Of a stretch of DNA of 64,000 bases, positions 1 to 12,530 are shown piece by piece. The stretch's first letter is position 1. The number at the start of each line of letters is the position of its first letter. This DNA comes from Paragordius varius. Taxonomy: Eukaryota; Animalia; Nematomorpha. The stretch spans positions 5,394,001 to 5,458,000 of the forward strand of contig OZ176055.1 of the NCBI GenBank assembly GCA_964247055.1. Direction: 5' to 3'. The notes under the pieces are model-generated. The model was given only the letters and a program-made list of their open reading frames with translations, did no database searches and was not told the origin of the DNA. The translations under genes were made by a program, and so were the position numbers.

Positions 1-334
1 AAAAAGGTATGATCATCAAAAAATTATGTTTGTGTAATATAAAAAATTTAAGTCGCGTTCCACTTCTGGTCTCCAATCATCACATTATTTCTTGTTTTAG
101 TTATTGTATATTTCTTATTTTTATATTTTCCCTCCGTCTAATCTGTCGTTTTTTACGAGACATTGATGCCTGGCTATATGACCTAAGTGATTAACTGCAT
201 ATTTTCGAATTTTGTCCAACATCATTAGCAATGAGAGATAAAGAAATTGCATTTTTATCAAACAAATCATATTCTCGTGTCACAAATTTTTCGGAATACT
301 GATTAAATTTAATTAACACACCCTAAAACTACAT

Positions 335-602
335 TACTTACAAAACGGAGATAAGGTTACTTTGGCCACGTCATCCGCAACAACAAATTGGATAAAACAA
401 TCATGCTGGGCCTGGTAGAGGGTAAGTGTAAAAGAGACAGACCCAGAAAAAGATGATTAAAACAATCAACAGACAACACTCACCTAACAATATCCAATCT
501 GATCAATTTATTCTCAGACAGATCAGCCTACAGAAAATTTGTTTATGAAGTCCAGCAAAAGTTGAATAATTAACTACGCTGTCATTCATCATTCATTCCA
601 TT
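335..602 (+). mobile_element. 5'-truncated RTE-clade LINE, 3' end (degenerate)
   Basis: One frame reads KRR*GYFGHVIRNNKLDKTIMLGLVEGKCKRDRPRKR*LKQSTD...DRSAYRKFV, matching the C-terminus of RTE ORFs (YFGH..R...LEK.IM.G.VEGKR.RGRPR.RW). It has two in-frame stops and is followed by a (TCAT)n-like tail at ~582-602. Confidence 0.8.
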
Positions 603-1494
603 CGGGATTTAAAATATCAATAAAAAATAAATATCGTATTGTAACAATTAACTTACCATGACTGCTAGGCAAAGTATAAAGAATTTTATAAAGTTATAAA
701 TTCAAAAAGTATTCAAATTTGTAAAAATTTTAAATTTTTTAACAATTTTTTTTGAATTTTTAAAGGGTAAAGGCTATAAATATTCTATAAAAAAATTTAA
801 TTGACAAAATGATAATTAATATGATAGCGATTCAATAGGTCAAAAAATTATGAAAAAATAAAATTATTTTTGTCCATTTTATAAATGTTTGATAATTATA
901 TTTAGCAACAATAATTACCATAATATTGCAAAAGTTGTAACATCCACTCCAAAAAATACCCCAATTATTAAAAATTCGAAATTTTAATTCTGATATAGAC
1001 CAGTTATTAATGGTATGTGGGTAAAACCAAAGTGGCGCCAAAATCAAGATTTTATGGTAAGAAATTCCCTAAATCAAAATTCTGAGATTATAGAACTTTT
1101 TGCAAATATCGAAAAACTTCTTTTTCATATAAGGTAAGACAATATATTGGGTTCCCTCTATATATTAGAGTTAATAAATGTTGTTTTAATAAAAAATTAT
1201 TTATTTAACCGCATATTAACAATTCATCACAAAATGCGATATTTTAGTTTATATTCTTTAAAATCTTTCTCAAACCCACGACAGATGTAAAATCATGGTT
1301 GATAATATAATGCGTTTAGAATTATCCTTATGCTATAAATAAATAAAATTTAGTGGACACGTTTTAATCTATTGATTTTATTTGACCTAATATGCGATTT
1401 TTTGATATTGGCTAATAATAGAAAAATTAAAATAACTTTTTTTCTATTTTAACCGCATATATCATTTCGATATTCATTATTCTGAAGCTATTAA

Positions 1495-1953
1495 CTATCT
1501 AATATTATATGATTCATTAACATTTATTTGATCCCCATTTTCGCAGCACAGTGTTTGAGGATCCTTTTCATTAAGATTATGGTCCAACTTCAAAGTTATT
1601 TTTAAAGATTTGATTACTCGGTGTATAGTGGATTTAGATAATTTTATTATTTTTTCATCTTCTATCATTTTTTTTAATTGGTTAATCGTTAATGACGGCT
1701 GATAAGTTAGTTTATTATTTATGAAATGCATAATATCTTCCGTAACTTTTTTGTTTCTAGTGCCTCCACGAGTTTGAATTTCATAACTATTGTTTTTTTT
1801 ATATTTATACAAAATTTGACGAGCAGTATTATAGTTTATGTCTAAATCCTTTGATACATCCACAGTCGATTCTCCATCAAAAAAAACTCGTTTTACTAAT
1901 AGCTTCCTATCTTGAGATATAACTAATTTTTTCTTGATTCCTGTTTCTGACAT
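1495..1953 (-). mobile_element. Truncated IS630/Tc1-mariner transposase ORF (DNA-binding HTH domains only, no DDE domain)
   Basis: 152-aa ORF with two HTH-like blocks (STVDVSKDLDINYNTARQIL; LTINQLKKMI...LSKSTIHRVIKSLKIT) joined by an RGGTRNKKVT linker typical of IS630/Tc1 transposases. The ORF stops before any catalytic D/D/E motif. TIRs were not identified. Confidence 0.75.
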
Positions 1954-2724
1954 TACTAAAATATTATAAAATAAAATACCTTTTATGGGTAATTTGATTT
2001 TTGCAAAACAAAAAATTATTATCTGAACATAAGGTTTTTAATCGGATAAATAAAAAGTAGACGAAAAAAAATAAATGCACACACCAGATAGTCACAGAAA
2101 AGGTTACACAACTCGTTACACACTAAAATTTAATCGTCTGCGAAATTCCATATAAATAAGTAATAAAAATATATCCTATTTGCATTTCAAGTTAGCCCTT
2201 AACATAAAATTTGGTCCTTAAACATTTCAAATTGACATAAACTTGCGTACCATAATTTATATTATGTATTTGTCTTTTAGCCAATATATTTTTTTAATTC
2301 AATCAACATATTGATATAAAAAATATATTTTGTAAATTATTTTTTAGTATTTTTATCCTCAAGCATAATTTGTTTAAAACAATTAAAATTTTAAATGACT
2401 AATTTTAGATGAAAATGGTATTTTTTTTAAAATTCTATTATTTCAACCGAAACGATAGATTTTATAGGTTAATCCCATGTATTAATGCGAACCATCGATA
2501 TTATAAAAAAAATATTTTTATAAATATATCAAAAACCATATATTACTTATCCAGTTAATAAAATAAAACTTTCAAAGAATAAGTCATTAATAATTGTGCA
2601 TTGATATATAATAGGAAAAATTCTCATTATGTTTTTATAAAAAATAATATCCTAATCTTACACTGATAATGGTTAAAAGTTATTTTTGTATCTTGTTTTG
2701 ATAATTATCATCGAAAATAAAACC

Positions 2725-2830
2725 GTTTTCATTGACTAGGGTGATGTTTTTATTGATTGGGAAAATTTTTCAGTTTTGATTGACTGGGAAAATGTTTCGA
2801 TTGACTGAGAAAACGTTTTTTTGACTGGAA
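2725..2830. repeat. Short tandem repeat, ~5 degenerate copies of ~21 nt (gttttcattgactgggaaaat-like)
   Basis: The motif 'gttt(t/c)(a/g)ttga(c/t)t(g/a)gg(a)aaa' recurs at roughly 20-25 nt spacing. Confidence 0.75.
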
Positions 2831-3509
2831 ATGGTTAATATAATCAATTGTTTAATGCTTATAGATTTACATGAAAGTTATTCACTGTGCCCGCACTTCC
2901 TCATCAATTAAAATAGATGCCGTAATCCCTAATTTAAATTGATTATTTGGCCTCATTGTAAGGATGTCGTTTACCCTTATTATATGTTTAAACAATAATT
3001 TTTATAATTTTGTTGCATAATAATTTATTAGTATGATTCATCCTGGAGTATAATCACGGCTGAAATAAATCTTGGCTTAAAAATCGCTACGTTTAAGGAA
3101 GATGTTTTGTTTGACTGAAATACAATCATCTTAATATGTTAAACGCTTTTGTTTTAGATATTATTATTGGAGAGAGAGAATCATTATTATATAAAGAATG
3201 GCGTTTTATTATATGATTAAAAAAGTTCTCAAATACTAATAAGTTATTGTTTTGGTCCGTAATTACAATATCTGGCATATCACACCCATTCAACCTTATA
3301 TAAGCCAATCATCAACTCAACTAACGTGTAAATGGATTCTGATAGGCCTTTGTTGAGAATATCAAAACTTTTTATCTATAGATCTTTATTAAACAACGGA
3401 AGGATTGCAATAAATTAATATAACTTGGTGAAAACAATAAAAAATGTATGCCAAATTTATTAGATAAAAGCAAGAGGTAATTTTTGCAATTCTTTTTGAG
3501 ATTGATATG

Positions 3510-6500
3510 CTATTCGCTTTCATCTTCCTCCTCAGCTTCCTTTAACCAGGTAATAAAATCAGACACCTATTGTAAATATATAATTTGTGATAAACAAAAA
3601 TAGTGTATATTGTTAAAATTGATATAAAAAAATAAAAAACAAATATTATTTAAAAAAACCATACTTAGTGTCCTATATTTTTTATAAAAGAATGATGCAA
3701 AAAAAGAGATGTAAATTTATAGCGTACTCAATTATAGAGTATAAGAAGGGAAAAAATAACAATATCTGACGTTTTATAATTTTGGTTTTTCCAGAAAAAA
3801 CTTACATTAATGATTTTCGGCAGAGCTATGATTTTAACATTTCTAACATAATAGAGACCCAAATTAATTAAGACAGAAATGAAAAATTAATCAATGTAAA
3901 GTTAATGCTTTTACAGAAACAATTACTTGTTTGTAAATTGCAGGGGTAATGGAACTATTGAAAATGCTTGTATTGTTTTGCGAAACAGTATTAATGAGTT
4001 TGCTTGAATCAAACCATTCTATAATATGAGGTTCATCAATCAAATCAGCATTGTAAAGGTAATGCAATAGTTTAATGATTGGAAATGCCGACTCCAAAGA
4101 CCTTTCATTGTTATTAACACTACTAATTGGTAATTGTAGAGCCACCCAGGTTATTTTATCGAGAAGAATGGATTGAGCCAAACTTCCTTTAAAATATTTT
4201 CTCATCAATTCTTGGTACCGCTGACATCTCTAAAAAATAATTTATGTGACAAAAAAACTATAGAGAGCCGATTTAAATTTTTTAAAAAATGATTAAAATT
4301 TCGTTATATATCAAATTTTTTCACTAAATTTATTCAAGAAGAACATTTTCTAATTTAAGATCAACATCTTGAAGGATATATTTCAATCAACCTTAAAACT
4401 TGATGTATCAACTTATAATTAATAGCTGTAAAAATAGTTTTTACTGTTAATAATAAACCCGTATATTTCAAAGTATTTTAAACGTTATCATTTCTTATTT
4501 TTTTATTCATTTTTAAATTATGTTTTCATCTCAATATTTAATAGAATTTTGATAATTTTAGCCTTAAAAAACATAAAATAATAATTAACTCATTACGGGC
4601 TTCCAGAATAAAAATAAATTAAATAAGTTTTCGATTGATAGTCGAATTTAGACTCGGGAAAAATCAATGAAGCACAGATTGAGAAAATTTATTTGCCAAA
4701 TTATATCTTTATTAATATCCTTTCTCTATGTTGATATGTTTAGAGTATAAAATACTTACAAAATTATGCCGTTCAGAGTTTTAGGAAAGTATAATAATTG
4801 ATTTTTTATCCTTTAGAAATTTATATGTTGTGGAAATCAATTTTTTTTATTTAACATTCGAAACAAAAGATTAAATCACCGTTGCTGATAATCATAATGA
4901 TATTTGACGCCTGAAAGATAAGACAATCCAAGATATCCAATACCATAGAATATTAAAATAAACAAAATCGAAAAATTAGATTTTAATAAACTGATTTTCT
5001 GTATCTCGCCTATAAATACTGCATTTGTTGGTTTTTGATACATAAAAATCTTTATGTCAATTTTCAACACACTATCACAAGTTATAAAAATTCGATTTGG
5101 CATAGAAATATCTATATTTATATCCTGGCCCTCCAATTGAGTTATTCCCAGTAAGAAACAAAATTTTCTGAAATCAACTGTTGATTAACAATCTGTTTAG
5201 CTCCATTCTTTAATAACAATAATATTGATCCATAAATAATAAATTAATCATCATCGAAGTCGTAATATCACACCTGAATTTTGCTGGTCATATTCCTCGT
5301 AACAATATTAATTCTTGTTAATCACGAAATTTAGGGATTCTTCCCACAAAGACTTTATAAAAACGATAATAGATTGGTTCCAATTTAACATTGGAGATGC
5401 GTTCGATCGCACCCTTTGAAAAAGCTATATGACTACATCAATGATAAACAAAAGTCAACAGCCAATTAAGAAAATATGAAATAGCTCTAAAGGTGTTAAA
5501 TTTTAAGTGTTAAGATTGAATAAAAAATAATTGTTTTCATCTTTCTTAAGATTATAATCACGGTTTAAAAGCATAATTTGAGGAAATATTAATATTAACT
5601 TTAATATAATGGGCAAGCAAAGCATCACAATTTGTATTTGGTGGAGATGTTGGCTGTTTAATTAATTGATGTGTTAAACATGTCCAAACATCTTCCAAAT
5701 CTATATTGTAGGCATGTTTTGATGCATTAATTTCTAGGATAAGATTCGATAATGGAAATGTAGCATTTGGCTCTTGATTAGATATGGCTGTTTCATCGAT
5801 TCTATTCATAAAAAAAACTATATAACCAAAATAAAATTGGCCATTACACCTTTTAAAGAAATTTCGGCAAAAATTCCTTGTTCAATTACATATGATTTCC
5901 ATCCAATCTTATTATTTTAATTGGATAGAAAACAATAAACGATCCTTAAATTTATATATATTGAAATTGGATAAAAAACAATAAACAATCCTTAAACTTA
6001 CATATTTTGTAATTGGATAGAAAACAATAAACGTCATAAACTTAACATATAACCAAACAATTTTTATACACACACACCACAACTTTATACGTATATTTGG
6101 AGGACGGACCCAAATGCATTTCCATGTTATCTGGACATATTTTAAAAATTTACATATTTTTTTATCCACAAAAATATCAGTCAAACCTTTCAAATGATTC
6201 ACAAAGTTCGGCATAAAACGTTTTAACATCATTATCAATGAGGTGTGATATGCTTTTGGGTATGTCAGGACCTTGCAATAAGGATTCTTCATCAAGCCAA
6301 TGAAATGTGTTTAGTGTTAATTGTTGCGTTTGATCACTCAAACTTCCCACTGATGAAGCATTGCTATTTTCTGAGATGGTACGAATTTTCCCACGTTTCG
6401 AACCAATAATATTTTTTTCATTGATTTTACTATTCATTGTTGATTGATTATGAGGTTTGTGGTGTGATAATTTAGCCGCACTTATGTCATGATCCCCACC

Positions 6501-9500
6501 TTTTATTGAATTAATAAGGGATGTTTTGTGAGGCTGAGATTCAACCTGTAAAAGAAAAAAAATCAAGGATTGAGGAATTCTAGTTAAAAATGTCATGTTT
6601 TATTTGTAATTTGTAACGGGTTTAAAGTGATTCATAAAAAGATATATTTTTTTTCCATGCAACCAATTATTTTTTTTAAAACCAAAAAGAGTTTTTAAAA
6701 CAATTTATAAAATATGGACCAATTTGGATTGCATTGCAAAAAATACTAATCATCTTACAGAAAAATTAATCAAAAACCAACGACATACTTTTAGTACTTT
6801 AATATCAATTTTTGTTCTATAATCCTTGGTTTTTTCGCCAATAGTTTGATTGTTGAAACTTTTCTCATTGTCACTGCTAAGATTGGTTTCGTGCAAATTT
6901 TCAAGAGAATTTGCTTGTAAAGACGAACCTTCTCCCGCGTTTTCAAACGATTCGGTGGAAGAATCGCTGAAATCGTCAGAATCCGCGTCTTGCGGTAACA
7001 AAAATTCGTCATCAGAAAAGTCAGAACCTAGGTAAATATTCATTTATATGCATATATAGTGGCAAAATTTTTAAGCACAATGGTTGATCATTTTGTTTAA
7101 TATTAATAGTTTTATACAAATGTCACCAATAAAGTAGCTGTTTCTTACAAAACCTCATAATTAATCAAAATAGATATGTGAACTAAATATATATATTAAT
7201 TATATTAATATTGTGCTTATTATTTCTAAAGTTCTGTAAAAACTAAGAATAAATACTTTTCCAAATTTATATCAAAAATCCATATTATAAGGTATCCGGT
7301 CGGTTATAAAACAAAGCAATATTTTTAAAATGGTTAAATATGTGAAATGGGTGGGGAAAATTAAATGAAAAATAAATAACTTCTTCATTAGTTAGTTTAC
7401 ATAGGATAAAAATAAACTATATGAACTTATAAGCATGATTTAAAATCAAAACAGAATTTAAAATAATTTTGAATCCAAAATTAAGCCTTGTGAGAAAAAC
7501 TATAAAATTGTAAAATAAAATTAACCTATATTTTATAGTTAAAATAAATAATTTATGTTTTGAAATAAGTGATATGTTAAGAAAGTTTTTTAAGAAGTTA
7601 ATACATATAAAATATATTTTTCATGTAAAATCCATACCAACAATTTCAAGTGAAATCCCGGTATCACTAAAATTATACGTTGAAGCAACATAAGACTTTA
7701 AGATTTTTTCTTGTTGTGTGCTGTTGGGCTGATCTTTGGGATAACCATTTGATGTTGTAATATGACAAATATTTTTGTCAAAATAATTTGACTGTTTTGT
7801 GTTAACAAAGAGTGGTCTTAAGCCAAATGACATATACTCGGAAGATTTGAACACGTAAATCGGTGGCCATTGAGTTATGTTTTCGAATGATGTCTTTTTT
7901 TCTAAAAAATATATTCAAAACGATTGGTGTTAATCATATTGATGTAATCCTCATGTATAATTATTTTTGCTAAAATACATTTTTTATTTCAAATCCTCCT
8001 AATATTATTTATAAGTTCTAAAGCAGGAGTGTTCAGCACGCGGCCCTCCAATATAATTCTTCAACCCGCGAGGAATTTTAGATAAATTTAAGCAAATTTG
8101 ATTTTCTGAATCTATTTTTCGAATTTTGGCAATGAAATAACTAAAATTGTTAAAATAAAGAATAGTTATTACATTATGTTTGAAATCTAATAAATTTGTT
8201 AAAACCCATATGTTTTACGAAAGCGGCCGCTAAATTTTCTGACCCAAAAATGCGGCCCGCAATGCCATTTATGTTGAACCTTGTTCTAGAGTATCGAATT
8301 ACTTTTAAAAGTTCTTAAAAATAATACTATTAACAACTTAATACATAGGATTTTGTAAAATAATTTAAACTTTAAAAATGTCTGACATTTATCAAAAAGA
8401 TATATATATATATATATCTATATATATTCCAAAAGCATGTTTCATATTAATGCTACAGAATAGTTAAAATAATTTAAATGTGCAAATGTAAATTAACCTT
8501 CATAAGCCGCATTGTAAATCAATTCTAAGGTAGATATTGCACATATAACATAGGTTGAACCAATTGTTGAGTTATCTATTTATTATAAATGAGATAAGTA
8601 AAAGTTGTTTTTAAAAAATTAAAATATTATACCAATTTTGGTGTAATGTACGTCCGTATCATCGATGAGGTAGTTACTATTTGATGTTTTAAAGATTTTA
8701 TAATGTTCAAAGCTTAAAACAAATGTTTTTAGGTCCTCTAAACTTGCAAATATATGGCTATAACTTGGAAGATGAATATTTTCTGGTATTTTGCACTAAA
8801 ATGTAAATGCAATAAAATAAATGTTATTCTGATCTCTATAATTTAGAGTTGTTATAATAAATGACACCATTTAAAATAAACCACACAACTTATTCGAAAT
8901 GGTTATCCTTGAATTTTAACTGAGATTAAGACATATATATATATATATATATATACAAGCAGATGAAAATAGATCGAACAAATTATTGTAATCCTATATA
9001 TTATTATCTCTTAGAAAAAATTTGGGAAAACGTGAGAAACAATAATTATTTGTAGATATACCTTGTTAGTTACTATGCTGTGTTTACCAATTGTAGTATT
9101 TGAGCCAATATGTACATCCTCGCTAAGAATGCAAGTATTGAGTTTACATTTATTATCAATTAACACATTACTCCAGATAATACAATTCGTTATATGACAA
9201 TCTGAGCCTATATTATTTGGTGAATATATTATTGATTCTTCAATATGTAGCTTTTATAAATAAATTTATTTAAAAAATATTACAAAATTATTTACCAATC
9301 TTTGAGCTTTGCCCAACGATGGATCTATTAATGAGAGTATTATCGGCAATGCATACATTTTTGCCCAAAAACACATTATTTCCTATCTTTGTGCTCCTTA
9401 AAATTAAATATATACCGGTTATTTGAATACTATATATATATATATATATATATATCATTTACAGCTTTAACAATTCAAATCCATCTTCGAACAATTCATA

Positions 9501-11870
9501 TTCACCCTAAAATACTTTTTTTAAAAAAGATGGCCTATATTTTTTTAAAAAATGAAATTTTGTTTAAAAATAAAATAATATTGAAAAAATAACAAACTAT
9601 GCTATTAAGATATGTTTCATATAATGATAATTTATATTATCCCGAAAACACATAATTTTTTCAGGGTGAATTAGAATTGTTCGAGGGCGAATTTGAAATG
9701 TTTAAGGGTGAATTTGATTATAAATGGTATATATGTATATAAATATGAATTGTTGATAATAAGGCGCTTTTTTGCTAAGTTAAACCATTTATGTTAAAAT
9801 CATTTATAAGAGTTTAAAAAATATAATGAATAATTTAATATTATATAAATTTTATTTCGAACATTGAAAAAAAGCTATATTTACTGAGAACATTTCCATT
9901 CATTCGGGTTGTATGGTACATAACTGTTATTTTGTTGAGTCCATTTTGTGTTCTCATTAAGAAGCGTGTATAAAGGCTGATCTAATGTTCCATTTCTCCA
10001 CCGTTCAGGCATTATGGGAAAGAGCCATCGATTCATAAGGTCTAAACTAGGAAAAAATAAATATATCATCCCTTTATAAAAACTGTATAATGATGCTGAA
10101 AATATATGCTTTTAAAAATAATTACTTTAACTTTTAATGATGCCGCTACAAAAATTAGAATTCAAATTGGACCGATTAGAACAAACTGGTTATAGACAAA
10201 ACCTTTAACTTATATGAATAGAATCCAGAATAGAAAATATGTATTACATTAAAAACTTATAGTGATTTTTAGCTGTGAAATCAATTTTTCAAACGGCGAT
10301 AAAAATCAAACCAATTCCTGATCCGAGATACATTTAAATAACATTAATCTTGTTACCAGGGGCAAATAAATATCGCAAAAATACGTTTTTGTTGAAAATT
10401 CATGGTAAATTTATTATGTTCAAAATTAAACCATATCCTGGGATATATGACTAGGTTATCGAAAGGAAGTGCATATCCATTTTGTAAGAAATTAACATGA
10501 ATTTGACTCCCTAATATCTAAAATGAGTGTTCAGAAATAAAAAGTTAAAATTTATCAACATAGAAGATAAAAAACAAATGCTATAAATAATAGGGTTTGA
10601 TATTTTTTCTTAAAACAAAAAATAAAGAGTCATTATTATTGTTTCATTTAACCTGAAATATAGATTAATAAAATTGACTCAAAAACAGATAGTAAAAAAA
10701 TTTCCTTATTTTAATATATCATCCAACAAGTAGTAATTGAATAAATGGTAATGTTAATATAATTTTGTAAGGCCCTGAAAAATATTTTTTCAAAACCATT
10801 TTTATTTATTTTGGACGAGAAAATATATCATTGAAATATAATAAATCATATCCATTTAGTCAATATTTTTGACTAAAAAGTTATCAAAACTACTCATTGT
10901 CTTACCTCTTCATTAATTAGCACGTCGGTTATAAAATGTGATATAGTTTGATAATCAAAATTATCAGCAAAAAATTGGGGAACTTGGGGACTACAAATGC
11001 ACACACCAATATCCAGCAGGTTGTATACGACTGTTAATTGTTTACATTTATTCAGTGCATCCTAAAGCAGCAATGGCGTATTAATTTATTTTTAATGCAT
11101 TTAGTTGGAAATTTATAGTTCAGAAAAAAGGCAAAAATAATATAAGGCAAATTTATATACTATGGGGACTTGAATGCGTTTATTCAAAGTTTGGTGGAAA
11201 ACGGAACCGGGATAATATGAAACTAATTTCACCGAGTTAGCATTACTGTCATCGACAATTAAAGCGACCCGGTGGCTTGTTAACATTGGTATAGTTGAAT
11301 CAGAAACTTGAGGTTTAACATATACCAAACTCATTAATAAATCAATTTTCTCTTTTTGTCTTTTATTCCTAATAAAATGTGATTAAAAATATTAAAAAAT
11401 AGATATTTTTATATTACTTATGTAAAAGAAGGTAAGATTTGAAATTTATGTTCGATACAATGACTCCATTGATGAATATAAAATCATTTTTTATGACATT
11501 TCCACGATGATATAATTCCCGAAACACATCTCCGGGGCTATTGCAAGATTCAGAAATAATTAGGTTTATAATAGATTTTCTATATTTTAATGACCATTTC
11601 GAAGAGCTTAAATTAATATTGTTATACTTAAGATAATCTTTAAGGTCATCGTTTACGTTAGAAGTCACTATATATATTTCTTCGAAATTGGACGCTATCA
11701 AAAGCTCTAACAAATAATCAATAGATGGTATATTTAAAAGGGTAACGTCGGCCTACCATTAAATAAAATTATACAATTGAGTGTTTTAACGTTAATGGAA
11801 AAAAATTGGACCGTTTCGCATCCAAAAATATTACTGCTTGTTTGATATCTGGCCTTTGGATATTGGACAT
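3510..11870 (-). CDS. EIF2B5: Translation initiation factor eIF2B subunit epsilon (multi-exon, ~16 exons)
   Basis: Exon 1 (11775-11870) MSNIQRPDIKQAVIFLDAKRSNFFPLT; exon 2 (11418-11752) ADVTLLNIPSIDYLLELLI...SPGDVFREL...DFIFINGVIVSN; exon 3 (11161-11368); 10906-11061 LLDIGVCICSPQVPQFFADNFDYQT; 10432-10517; from 10046 down RWLFPIMPE. LbH hexapeptide exons lie at ~9060-9360 and acidic linker exons at ~6200-7870. W2-domain exons are ~5585-5820 (NLILEINASKHAYN), ~3915-4227 (LLHYLYNADLIDEPHIIEWF) and 3510-3566 (FITWLKEAEEEDESE*). The junctions I checked are GT-AG and in phase; the middle exon boundaries are approximate. Confidence 0.93.
5921..6050. repeat. ~45-bp tandem repeat x3 in an EIF2B5 intron
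   Basis: 'ttggata(g/a)aaaacaataaac...' occurs three times at ~45-46 nt spacing. Confidence 0.8.
8024..8283. mobile_element. hAT (Charlie/Buster-like) MITE in an EIF2B5 intron
   Basis: Degenerate TIRs (caggagtgttcagc... / ...gttgaaccttg) with subterminal GCGGCCCGC motifs. The 8-bp flanks ttctaaag (8016-8023) and ttctagag (8284-8291) fit the NTCTAGAN target preference of Charlie elements. Confidence 0.7.
9455..9730. mobile_element. Old palindromic MITE-like element (inverted arms ~60 bp)
   Basis: 'ttcgaacaattcatattcaccctaaaa' pairs with 'tttcagggtgaattagaattgttcgag'. Related motifs occur at ~63140-63420 and ~2215-2235. No TSD was resolved. Confidence 0.45.
11753..11774 (-). other. 22-nt spliceosomal intron (EIF2B5 intron 1)
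   Basis: Sequence GTATAATTTTATTTAATGGTAG. It contains an in-frame TAA, and removing it joins ...LKHSI to ADVTLLNIP... in phase 0, restoring the conserved eIF2B-epsilon N-terminus. Confidence 0.85.
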
Positions 11871-11919
11871 GTTAGCAAATGACGCTATTATTTACCATTT
11901 GGTCGCATATGAGCTATTC

Positions 11920-11933
11920 ACGTTCCGGAACGT
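11920..11933. promoter_or_regulatory. Perfect 14-bp palindrome ACGTTCCGGAACGT, 50 bp upstream of the EIF2B5 start codon (ETS-like CCGGAA core)
   Basis: The palindrome is directly visible and is GC-rich against an AT-rich background. A regulatory role is inferred from position only. Confidence 0.35.
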
Positions 11934-12216
11934 AAAGGATGGGATTACTTTAATTTTGTATTATTTCGGAAAATTTATCGGATTTTTTAATCTATGCACA
12001 ATAACATTTTTTTTTATCCTAAATATTATTTTAATAGGCCAAAAGCTGCCATCGTTTCCTTCATTTTCAAATATCAAGATAGCTTTAAATTTTAACTGAT
12101 TGCGTTAATTTAACGCTTTTCTTTTAATTTATAAAAATTATATTTTAGGTAAATGCTGCTATATAATAAAATATAAATAAATATAGATTAACTAATGTGT
12201 GATAACTATTAAATTA

Positions 12217-12290
12217 GATATTTATTAAATAAATTAACTATTTATTTTTTAAAAAATCATTTATACGCGTTTTTGCCATTTACTTTACCT
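12217..12290 (+). repeat. Solo copy of the 3' end of the Penelope-like terminal repeat found at 14814-14885
   Basis: ~70 nt near-identical direct repeat: agatatttattaaataaattaactatttattttttaaaaa(a)tcatt(t/a)atacgcgtttttgccatttacttt. Confidence 0.75.
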
Positions 12291-12530
12291 TGATTTATAA
12301 ATGCGTAATTCCTTACTTTTTAAACATTCTCATTCCTCCAAATAAATTTTTTTGTATTGCTAATACATAATTAAATACAACTTTACAATATAATATTATA
12401 TTATTTTACTGTGAACTTCGAAAGTCTCAAATTTTCGGACCCCGGTTAAAGGAGCAATTTTTCAAAATAAAAAAATTTTCCTAAATGGATGTTTTCCTCG
12501 AAAATTTATTTATGGCAAAATTTTTGTTAA

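Noticed and set aside
449-451. TGA at a conserved Trp position in the RTE fragment as a sign of an alternative genetic code
   Set aside because: Host genes use TGG for conserved Trp and CAA/CAG for Gln, and end in normal TAA/TAG stops. A single TGG>TGA change in a dead element explains it.
2725-2830. Short repeats with apparent spacers resembling a CRISPR array (also considered for 56.2-57.7 kb)
   Set aside because: Units are degenerate and adjacent with no unique spacers of constant length, the context is a spliced eukaryotic genome, and there are no cas-like ORFs.
2860-3460. Coding-like patches downstream of EIF2B5, including ORF 3126..3308
   Set aside because: No consistent splice model or recognisable motif could be built, so it was left uncalled.
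6791-7035. ORFs 6791..7012 (-), 6850..7035 (+) and 5912..6295 (-)
   Set aside because: Alternative-frame or antisense shadows of EIF2B5 exons, or read-through of a tandem repeat.
11806-12099. 97-aa plus-strand ORF as a divergent gene next to EIF2B5
   Set aside because: It overlaps EIF2B5 exon 1 in antisense, starts at TTG, and runs into low-complexity T-rich sequence; no recognisable motif.
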